A stretch of DNA of 64,000 bases from Vicugna vicugna (taxonomy: Eukaryota), in contig MU063896.1 in NCBI GenBank assembly GCA_013265495.1, positions 16,115,140-16,179,139 on the forward strand, read 5' to 3'. Positions 61,105 to 64,000 of this stretch are shown piece after piece (the stretch's first letter is position 1; each line of letters begins with the position of its first letter). The position numbers were made by a program, and so were the translations under genes. The notes beneath the pieces are model-generated. The model made no database searches, was not told the origin of the DNA, and saw only the letters and a list, made by a program, of their open reading frames with translations.

Positions 61105-63823
61105 CAGTAATTTATGAGTTAGATAAGAGGGAGATGTTTGGAGACAAACACACAGAGACAGGAGAGGGGTGAGGATGGCATGGCTACTTTTTGTGTCCAG
61201 TTTACTCTTCAGAGGAGAAAGGAGGAGAGAATTTTTCCTGGGCGACCAGTGAATCTGAGTAGCACAGGAGACCCCAGATTTCAGAATGACCTTTGAGAGG
61301 GTTGGAATTCAACCTGGAAGGGCACTAGTTCTTAAAGTAATAACCATTGGACAAAAGACTGTTTAGGAGTTTGAAACAACCTAGAAGCTTGAAAGACTGT
61401 TGCTCAATGAAATCTTTTTCCTCATGCCAGTTTCATTCATCAGTATTAATTATGCCCAATAGAAAACTGGTTATTTTCACATAAAAACTGGGTGTTTGGA
61501 GTTTAGTTGTGCCTAGAGATAGGCTGAGAGAGAGATCTGGGTGGGAGGGCTTCACTTTTTGAGCAAATCACTGGAATAAAGCCAGCGAGAGGCATGAACA
61601 AGACTTGTAGCATTCGACTCGATATTCAGTGACTAAAAATGCAATATTGATAACCAAATATGATGCTTCTCTTCAATTAGAATACCGAAAACTTCAAAGG
61701 GATTTTTGCATTATGATGATAACCAGCAGGTCCTATGATGTGAAAATGGTCAACCATAGCAAATTGTTAAACATTCATGTACATCTGCAGGAACACTGCT
61801 TTTGTGAAAACTATATAACAACATAGTAAATGTTTATGGTGGTGTGTTATATAAAAAGGCAACTCACAAGAATTTATCGTAGGAGTACAAGCATATAAAA
61901 TATGTATAGGATAAAAAAGCAACGAGGAAGTTTTTTTTTAATGCTAATAGTGGTCAATGGGATTGTGGGTGATTTTTCTTATTTTCCAAAATATTTGTAA
62001 CATAGCTTTTTTTTTAAATAATAGAGCTTTGTTGTAGATGAAATAAAATGTTATTTTTTAAAGTTGCTTGGACAAATTGAAAGTTTTTACCTAATACATC
62101 AACGATAATTGTCTTCTTTCTTTCCCCGGCTGCATTTTTGGCAAGAAGAGAATAGACGCCTTGGTGGCTCCTCTGGCAATTCTTGATGACCATGGATGAG
62201 CTAATGGCTGTGGACTCAATGGTGGCTTCTTGAGGTAATGCTCTTTCATTCATGTTCCAGGTAATGGTTGGAGGAGGCTTTCCAGACACATAGGCAATGA
62301 TCCGAATCACCCCTCCAGCATGGACCACAATTCTGTCTCTGACGCTGGCATCCAGCTGAATGTCAGGTAATACTGGAAAACAATTGAAAATAACAAATGT
62401 GCTTTTCATTTCCAATCTAAAACTAACTCTCGGTAAAATAATAGAAATATTAATAATTACCAGTTCTGTCCTTCATTTCAATGGCATCTGTGACTTCTCC
62501 AGGTTCTCCAATGCCAGCAATGTTGACTGCTCTAACTCTAAATTTGTAGAATGCTCCTTCTTTTAATCCTGTCACGACAAGTTTTGTTCCTCTCACTTCT
62601 TTATCTTTAGCCTAGGGAGAAATCACAAGCATTTATAAGTAGAATTCAGTAGTCCTTCCTTATCTGTGGTTTTGCATTCTGTGTTTCATTTACCCGAAGT
62701 CAACCGAGATCTGAAAATACTAAATGNNNNNNNNNNNNNNNNNNNNNNNNNNNNNNNNNNNNNNNNNNNNNNNNNNNNNNNNNNNNNNNNNNNNNNNNNN
62801 NNNNNNNNNNNNNNNNNNNNNNNNNNNNNNNNNNNNNNNNNNNNNNNNNNNNNNNNNNNNNNNNNNNNNNNNNNNNNNNNNNNNNNNNNNNNNNNNNNNT
62901 TTTTTCCTATACTATCTGTGGTTTCAGGCATCCACTGGGGGTCTTAGAATGTATCCCTTTGGATAAGGGGGGAGAAACTACTGTAGTTCTTTGTAGTTTC
63001 TTGTTTAATAGCTTTCCAAAGCATAACCAATGGCATATTTACTTGTTCTGGGAGAACTGTTGTCAATTTAGGTTTTAGGGATCAGATATTACAGGTAAAT
63101 ACTGAATGCCAGAAATTATGTTTTATAATATTGTCAACTGATTAGGAAAAAAAAACTGTATTGTTCACTTCATCCATCTTTTCAGGCTTTATAGCTAGAA
63201 GATAATACAAAATAGCATGACTTAACTTTTGATTAGATTTTTGACATAACAGATGTTTGGATTATCTGTTAAGTTAAATGGCTTTCTTTTATTTCTTAGT
63301 CCAGAAAGTACAGATACGAGTTAACGGGATTGAGAATAACTACATTTTTAGTTTATTCATAGTCCATTTCCATAACGCCAAGTGTTAGCTACCTTTTCCC
63401 ACTCTTCTTTGCCTTCTTCTTTATATTCAACGATGTATCCGGTTACTTTGGATCCACCATCTTTTAGTGGGGGAGACCACTCCAGATCCGCAGATGATTT
63501 GGTCCAGTCTGTGACTTTGGGAAATGGTGGGCCAGGAGGGGCTGGAAAGAAGCAGCATATGTTAGTATTCTTGACTTTTCCATGGCACTTTTGGTGGGAT
63601 GGGGGCAAAGAATGGTTTCAAGTCTCACCAATCGGATCTCTAGCAGTCGCTGGGTCTGAGGGCAGACTTGCTGGACCCACACCAGCAGCATTGATGGCGT
63701 ACACCCGGAACTGATAATCAGAACCTTCAATGAGACCAGTCACTTTATAAGAAACACCCAAAGTCATGGCTTTGATAGGATCTCGGTTAACTCTCTTCCA
63801 TCTCTTCGAAGTGGTATCTTTCA
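1..63823 (-). CDS. TTN: Titin, partial gene (A-band D-zone end, full C-zone, P-zone, kinase, M1); 68 exons
   Basis: Ordered Ig/Fn3 domains in 7- and 11-domain super-repeats, then a titin kinase domain. Every visible junction is GT-AG and the frame is continuous across junctions. Confidence 0.99.
380..1327 (-). other. TTN: Titin kinase domain plus C-terminal regulatory tail (within exon 358)
   Basis: GRGQFG glycine loop, YMAK (K36 at 1223-1225), NFDIRPEN loop, EFG (884-892), APEYYAPE, then tail [34 protein letters not shown]. Confidence 0.97.
2125..2718 (-). CDS. TTN: TTN exon 357: Fn3 A167 + Ig A168
   Basis: Donor GAAG|gtaaaa at 2125. The acceptor lies in N-run 2557-2737, so 2718 is estimated from recalled orthologue length. 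Confidence 0.85.
3022..3291 (+). mobile_element. LINE-1 3' end fragment (cetartiodactyl/camelid type), antisense to TTN, intron 356
   Basis: ggttaccagtggagaaaggg...gataaattgggagttt...ctgtatagcacagagaactatatt...tgctgtacaccagaaatt...aaataaaataaaa resembles the artiodactyl L1 3' UTR from memory. No clear TSD. Confidence 0.85.
3556..3861 (-). CDS. TTN: TTN exon 356: Fn3 A166
   Basis: cag|ATAAACC ... TTTG|gtgagt; 306 nt; internal N-run keeps frame. Confidence 0.93.
3953..4528 (-). CDS. TTN: TTN exon 355: Ig A164 + Ig A165
   Basis: cag|CTGGAGAA ... CAAG|gtattt; 576 nt. Confidence 0.95.
5192..5491 (-). CDS. TTN: TTN exon 354: Fn3 A163 (last C-zone domain)
   Basis: cag|ATAAGCC ... GACAT|gtaagt; 300 nt. 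Confidence 0.94.
5603..5908 (-). CDS. TTN: TTN exon 353: Fn3 A162
   Basis: cag|ACCCTCC ... TTTG|gtaagg; 306 nt. Confidence 0.95.
6026..6610 (-). CDS. TTN: TTN exon 352: Ig A160 + Fn3 A161
   Basis: cag|AATATCC ... CTGA|gtaagt; 585 nt. Confidence 0.95.
6712..7014 (-). CDS. TTN: TTN exon 351: Fn3 A159
   Basis: Donor CTTG|gtaaga at 6712; reads [25 protein letters not shown]. The acceptor lies in N-run 6850-7029, so 7014 is an estimate. Confidence 0.85.
7310..7405 (-). mobile_element. Degenerate MIR core fragment
   Basis: cccactttaaagagggagaaagagactcaagag resembles the reverse MIR core ccccattttacagatgaggaaactgaggctcagag. Heavily diverged. Confidence 0.35.
7566..7868 (-). CDS. TTN: TTN exon 350: Fn3 A158
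   Basis: cag|GTATTCC ... ATTG|gtaaat; 303 nt. Confidence 0.95.
8064..8142. repeat. CT-rich polypyrimidine/polypurine tract in intron 349
   Basis: ctcctccctctccccttccctccctccctcctttcctcccacccatccttccc... Confidence 0.85.
8330..8629 (-). CDS. TTN: TTN exon 349: Fn3 A157
   Basis: tag|ACAAGCC ... ATCA|gtaagt; 300 nt. Confidence 0.95.
8732..9019 (-). CDS. TTN: TTN exon 348: Ig A156
   Basis: tag|TGTTGCC ... CTTG|gtaagg; 288 nt. Confidence 0.95.
9145..9738 (-). CDS. TTN: TTN exon 347: Fn3 A154 + A155
   Basis: tag|ATACTCC ... AAAG|gtatgt; 594 nt. Confidence 0.95.
9919..10200 (-). CDS. TTN: TTN exon 346: Ig A153 (start of super-repeat C11)
   Basis: cag|AAATACC ... TACG|gtaagc; 282 nt. Confidence 0.95.
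10286..10591 (-). CDS. TTN: TTN exon 345: Fn3 A152
   Basis: cag|ATACCCC ... CTAG|gtattt; 306 nt. Confidence 0.95.
11494..11799 (-). CDS. TTN: TTN exon 344: Fn3 A151
   Basis: cag|CTATTCC ... TCAT|gtgagt; 306 nt. Confidence 0.94.
11931..12227 (-). CDS. TTN: TTN exon 343: Fn3 A150 (FN3-119, human HMERF hotspot domain)
   Basis: tag|ATTCCCC ... TTCA|gtgagt; 297 nt; reads [25 protein letters not shown]. Confidence 0.95.
12322..12612 (-). CDS. TTN: TTN exon 342: Ig A149
   Basis: cag|CTCCACC ... CTTG|gtaagc; 291 nt. Confidence 0.95.
12697..12716. repeat. T20 (A20 on TTN strand) mononucleotide run
   Basis: Counted directly. Confidence 0.95.
12719..13024 (-). CDS. TTN: TTN exon 341: Fn3 A148
   Basis: cag|ATGCACC ... 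TATG|gt followed by A20; 306 nt. Confidence 0.94.
13081..13118. repeat. Compound trinucleotide repeat (AAT/GAT/GGT) in intron 340
   Basis: aataataatgatgatggtggtgattaataataataatg. Confidence 0.8.
13153..13455 (-). CDS. TTN: TTN exon 340: Fn3 A147
   Basis: tag|TCCCACC ... GTTG|gtaggt; 303 nt. Confidence 0.95.
13558..15624 (-). CDS. TTN: TTN exon 339: A140-A146 (Fn,Fn,Ig,Fn,Fn,Ig,Fn)
   Basis: cag|CTATTCC ... TTTG|gtaaga; 2067 nt. Confidence 0.96.
15719..16018 (-). CDS. TTN: TTN exon 338: Fn3 A139
   Basis: tag|ATACACC ... TACA|gtgagt; 300 nt. Confidence 0.95.
16136..16423 (-). CDS. TTN: TTN exon 337: Ig A138
   Basis: tag|TTCCACC ... CAAG|gtactc; 288 nt. Confidence 0.94.
17119..17412 (-). CDS. 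TTN: TTN exon 336: Fn3 A137
   Basis: tag|ACCCACC ... AATG|gtaagc; 294 nt. Confidence 0.95.
17744..19510 (-). CDS. TTN: TTN exon 335: A131-A136 (Ig,Fn,Fn,Ig,Fn,Fn)
   Basis: tag|AGGAACC ... GTAG|gtaagt; 1767 nt. Confidence 0.96.
19624..19929 (-). CDS. TTN: TTN exon 334: Fn3 A130
   Basis: cag|ATCCTCC ... CTTG|gtacgt; 306 nt. Confidence 0.94.
20019..20321 (-). CDS. TTN: TTN exon 333: Fn3 A129
   Basis: cag|TTACACC ... ATTG|gtaagt; 303 nt. Confidence 0.95.
20593..20892 (-). CDS. TTN: TTN exon 332: Fn3 A128
   Basis: cag|ACAAACC ... TTCG|gtgagc; 300 nt. Confidence 0.95.
21005..21292 (-). CDS. TTN: TTN exon 331: Ig A127
   Basis: cag|GTGGACC ... CTTG|gtaggt; 288 nt. Confidence 0.95.
22160..22292 (+). 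mobile_element. MIR SINE fragment
   Basis: cctcagtttctcttctgtaaaact core and aaatgttagctactgctaatatt tail. Confidence 0.6.
22420..22541 (-). mobile_element. MIR3/MIRc-type SINE fragment
   Basis: agaatcataaaaggttgaagct...tcatgttttacagtgaag...aggcctaaagaggggttaagg...cagctagt. Confidence 0.6.
22662..22958 (-). CDS. TTN: TTN exon 330: Fn3 A126
   Basis: cag|AACCCCC ... TACG|gtaagc; 297 nt; reads [20 protein letters not shown]. Confidence 0.94.
23075..23377 (-). CDS. TTN: TTN exon 329: Fn3 A125
   Basis: tag|CAACACC ... TGTG|gtatgt; 303 nt. Confidence 0.95.
23467..24054 (-). CDS. TTN: TTN exon 328: Ig A123 + Fn3 A124
   Basis: Acceptor cag|AACCACC at 24054. The donor lies in N-run 23449-23588, so 23467 is an estimate. 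Confidence 0.85.
24157..24453 (-). CDS. TTN: TTN exon 327: Fn3 A122
   Basis: tag|AAAAACC ... CTAG|gtatgt; 297 nt. Confidence 0.95.
25072..42177 (-). CDS. TTN: TTN exon 326, giant 17,106-nt exon: A64-A121 (58 domains; C-zone repeats C3-C7 plus flanks)
   Basis: cag|ACCCCCC at 42177 and ACAG|gtatgt at 25072. Uninterrupted 5702-codon frame. The length equals the recalled human exon 326. Confidence 0.97.
42286..42588 (-). CDS. TTN: TTN exon 325: Fn3 A63
   Basis: cag|GTCCCCC ... GCAT|gttagt; 303 nt. Confidence 0.94.
42680..43267 (-). CDS. TTN: TTN exon 324: Ig A61 + Fn3 A62
   Basis: cag|AGGCACC ... TTTG|gtatgt; 588 nt. Confidence 0.95.
43357..43653 (-). CDS. TTN: TTN exon 323: Fn3 A60
   Basis: tag|ATCCTCC ... 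TACG|gtaagt; 297 nt. Confidence 0.95.
43668..43697. repeat. A13-(GA)n-(CA)n compound microsatellite forming the exon 323 polypyrimidine tract
   Basis: aaaaaaaaaaaaagagagagagagacacac. Confidence 0.8.
43774..43971 (-). CDS. TTN: TTN exon 322: C-terminal part of Fn3 A59
   Basis: tag|GGTATCAT ... ATTG|gtgagt; 198 nt. Confidence 0.93.
44034..44052. repeat. (TA)n(CA)n microsatellite, intron 321
   Basis: atatatatatacacacaca. Confidence 0.75.
44431..44535 (-). CDS. TTN: TTN exon 321: N-terminal part of Fn3 A59
   Basis: tag|ATGTGCC ... ACAG|gtattt; 105 nt; reads [34 protein letters not shown]. Confidence 0.93.
44637..45224 (-). CDS. TTN: TTN exon 320: Ig A57 + Fn3 A58
   Basis: cag|TGGCTCC ... TTTG|gtaagt; 588 nt; N-run keeps frame. 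Confidence 0.94.
45387..45674 (-). CDS. TTN: TTN exon 319: Fn3 A56
   Basis: tag|AAACCCC ... GTTG|gtaagc; 288 nt. Confidence 0.95.
45764..46054 (-). CDS. TTN: TTN exon 318: Fn3 A55
   Basis: cag|ATACTCC ... TCCG|gtgagc; 291 nt. Confidence 0.95.
46150..46437 (-). CDS. TTN: TTN exon 317: Ig A54 (start of C2)
   Basis: cag|TTCCACC ... CTTG|gtaagt; 288 nt. Confidence 0.95.
47286..47591 (-). CDS. TTN: TTN exon 316: Fn3 A53
   Basis: cag|ATCCTCC ... TTAA|gtaagt; 306 nt. Confidence 0.95.
47693..47995 (-). CDS. TTN: TTN exon 315: Fn3 A52
   Basis: cag|ACCCACC ... CTGT|gtaagt; 303 nt. Confidence 0.95.
48084..48380 (-). CDS. TTN: TTN exon 314: Fn3 A51
   Basis: cag|ATAAACC ... TACG|gtagga; 297 nt. Confidence 0.95.
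48455..48615 (+). mobile_element. MIR3/MIRc-type SINE fragment
   Basis: gacctgggct...aagttacttaa...tttcctcatgtgtaaaat...gatctctaatggtc. Confidence 0.6.
48746..49033 (-). CDS. TTN: TTN exon 313: Ig A50
   Basis: cag|TTCCTCC ... TTAG|gtaact; 288 nt. Confidence 0.95.
49150..49440 (-). mobile_element. Old L1M (L1ME/L1MC-like) 3' fragment
   Basis: tttaatgtagaaatcagataatgctgaaagtataaagaaaaaagtaaacagcacc...tcattctggtgcattt; family recalled from memory. Confidence 0.4.
49525..49824 (-). CDS. TTN: TTN exon 312: Fn3 A49
   Basis: cag|ATCCTCC ... AGTG|gtaaga; 300 nt. Confidence 0.95.
49977..50279 (-). CDS. TTN: TTN exon 311: Fn3 A48
   Basis: cag|ATGTTCC ... GTTG|gtgagt; 303 nt. Confidence 0.95.
50371..50670 (-). 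CDS. TTN: TTN exon 310: Fn3 A47
   Basis: cag|ATGCTCC ... TTTG|gtatgt; 300 nt. Confidence 0.95.
50774..51049 (-). CDS. TTN: TTN exon 309: Ig A46
   Basis: tag|TGCCACC ... ATGG|gtaggt; 276 nt. Confidence 0.95.
51118..51361. mobile_element. hAT/Charlie-type non-autonomous DNA transposon remnant
   Basis: tagtgtttttcagattgc...caacccattagtgggttc...gaaaatatcagag...aatgtttcaaaacccc; subfamily not assigned. Confidence 0.5.
51485..51787 (-). CDS. TTN: TTN exon 308: Fn3 A45
   Basis: tag|GTGAGCC ... CTGT|gtaagt; 303 nt. Confidence 0.95.
51946..52040 (+). mobile_element. tRNA-Ala-derived SINE with A-tail (camelid Vic-1 type), intron 307
   Basis: ggggagggtagagcttagtggtaga...gtcctgagttcaatccccagtacctcca followed by an A-run. 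Pol III A and B boxes present; body collinear with tRNA-Ala(AGC). Confidence 0.85.
52216..52515 (-). CDS. TTN: TTN exon 307: Fn3 A44
   Basis: cag|ATACTCC ... CTAA|gtaagt; 300 nt. Confidence 0.95.
52617..52901 (-). CDS. TTN: TTN exon 306: Ig A43 (first C-zone domain, C1)
   Basis: cag|AACCTCC ... TTAG|gtgggt; 285 nt. The domain pattern switches from a 7-domain to an 11-domain repeat here. Confidence 0.94.
53000..53320 (-). CDS. TTN: TTN exon 305: Fn3 A42 (last D-zone domain)
   Basis: cag|AACCACC ... CTAG|gtgaga; 321 nt. Confidence 0.95.
53641..56607 (-). CDS. TTN: TTN exon 304: A32-A41 (10 domains)
   Basis: cag|TGCCTCC ... ATAG|gtataa; 2967 nt. Confidence 0.96.
56698..56991 (-). CDS. TTN: TTN exon 303: Fn3 A31
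   Basis: aag|ATCCCCC ... CTAG|gtaatg; 294 nt. Confidence 0.92.
57075..57374 (-). CDS. TTN: TTN exon 302: Fn3 A30
   Basis: cag|ATAAGCC ... CTAC|gtaagt; 300 nt. Confidence 0.94.
57498..57779 (-). CDS. TTN: TTN exon 301: Ig A29
   Basis: tag|AACCACC ... TTAG|gtaaga; 282 nt. Confidence 0.95.
57895..58203 (-). CDS. TTN: TTN exon 300: Fn3 A28
   Basis: cag|CTAAGCC ... CTCG|gtgagt; 309 nt. Confidence 0.94.
58299..58601 (-). CDS. TTN: TTN exon 299: Fn3 A27
   Basis: tag|GAGTTCC ... ATTG|gtatag; 303 nt. Confidence 0.94.
58695..58994 (-). CDS. TTN: TTN exon 298: Fn3 A26
   Basis: cag|ACCGTCC ... TTCA|gtatgc; 300 nt. Confidence 0.94.
59087..59368 (-). CDS. TTN: TTN exon 297: Ig A25
   Basis: tag|CTCCTCC ... 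GTTG|gtaagt; 282 nt. Confidence 0.95.
59469..59771 (-). CDS. TTN: TTN exon 296: Fn3 A24
   Basis: cag|CTGTACC ... CTGG|gtatgt; 303 nt. Confidence 0.95.
59827..60015 (+). mobile_element. Short polyadenylated LTR-like retroposed insert with 17-bp TSD, intron 295
   Basis: Perfect direct repeat aagaatgtagtagaatg at 59810-59826 and 60016-60032. AATAAA at 59986-59991; A-tail at 60005-60015. Confidence 0.85.
60500..60802 (-). CDS. TTN: TTN exon 295: Fn3 A23
   Basis: cag|ATGTGCC ... ATAA|gtaagt; 303 nt. Confidence 0.95.
61031..61097. repeat. AT-rich palindromes and (TA)n microsatellite, intron 294
   Basis: gaatgaat(at)6attcattc is a perfect 28-bp palindrome, followed by atatattca-a-tgaatatat and a (TA)n run. 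Confidence 0.9.
61800..62030 (+). mobile_element. Old L1M 3' end remnant
   Basis: aatgctaatagtggtcaatgggattgtgggtgatttttcttattttccaaaatatt...aaataa. Confidence 0.4.
62091..62372 (-). CDS. TTN: TTN exon 294: Ig A22
   Basis: cag|TATTACC ... TTAG|gtaaaa; 282 nt. Confidence 0.95.
62461..62611 (-). CDS. TTN: TTN exon 293: C-terminal half of Fn3 A21
   Basis: tag|GCTAAAGAT ... ACTG|gtaatt; 151 nt, phase 0 to 1; reads [30 protein letters not shown]. Confidence 0.92.
62647..62983. mobile_element. MER44/Tigger7-family MITE (337 bp), intron 292
   Basis: TIRs cagtagtccttccttatc / gataaggggggagaaactactg followed by TA. Internal ggtttcaggcatccactgggggtctt. Centre masked by N. Confidence 0.8.
63393..63541 (-). 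CDS. TTN: TTN exon 292: N-terminal half of Fn3 A21
   Basis: cag|CCCCTCC ... AAAG|gtagct; 149 nt, phase 1 to 0. Confidence 0.92.
63629..63823 (-). CDS. TTN: TTN exon 291 (visible part): Fn3 A20
   Basis: Donor ATTG|gtgaga at 63629; reads [40 protein letters not shown]. The 5' end lies in N-run 63824-63963. Confidence 0.88.
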
Positions 63824-64000
63824 NNNNNNNNNNNNNNNNNNNNNNNNNNNNNNNNNNNNNNNNNNNNNNNNNNNNNNNNNNNNNNNNNNNNNNNNNNNNN
63901 NNNNNNNNNNNNNNNNNNNNNNNNNNNNNNNNNNNNNNNNNNNNNNNNNNNNNNNNNNNNNNNATGTATGAGAAATTATGAAAAACACAAATAAGAATGA

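Noticed and set aside
2557-63963. N-runs as real deletions, frameshifts or pseudogenisation
   Set aside because: Exon lengths and reading frames are preserved across them, and there is no lesion in the visible CDS.
1-64000. CRISPR array, prokaryotic operon or novel multi-gene system
   Set aside because: The sequence is a spliced mammalian gene. The periodicity is protein-domain repetition, with no identical DNA repeats and unique spacers.

Overview
The whole window is the 3' half of a mammalian titin gene (TTN) on the minus strand. I mapped 68 coding exons by hand from GT/AG boundaries and frame continuity. They total about 46 kb of CDS (~15,400 aa, ~72% of the window) and correspond to exons 291-358 of the human 363-exon meta-transcript numbering. 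That numbering is inferred from the 17,106-nt giant exon (326), the A150/HMERF exon (343) and Mex1 (358). In gene order (high to low coordinate) the window holds the end of the A-band D-zone (A20-A42, 7-domain super-repeats), all 11 C-zone super-repeats (A43-A163), the P-zone (A164-A170), titin kinase and M1. No stop codon or frameshift is visible. A tRNA-Ala-derived Vic-1-type SINE and the L1 3' end point to a camelid host (inference). Thirteen N-runs (2,015 nt) replace sequence without changing exon length. I found no new multi-gene system. The best leads are: (1) a His-to-Asn change in the titin kinase catalytic loop (HFD to NFD); (2) a 189-nt polyadenylated, internally dimeric LTR-like insert with a perfect 17-bp target-site duplication in intron 295; (3) two candidate plus-strand (antisense) exons; (4) several consensus-breaking substitutions that are either lineage-specific or consensus errors.
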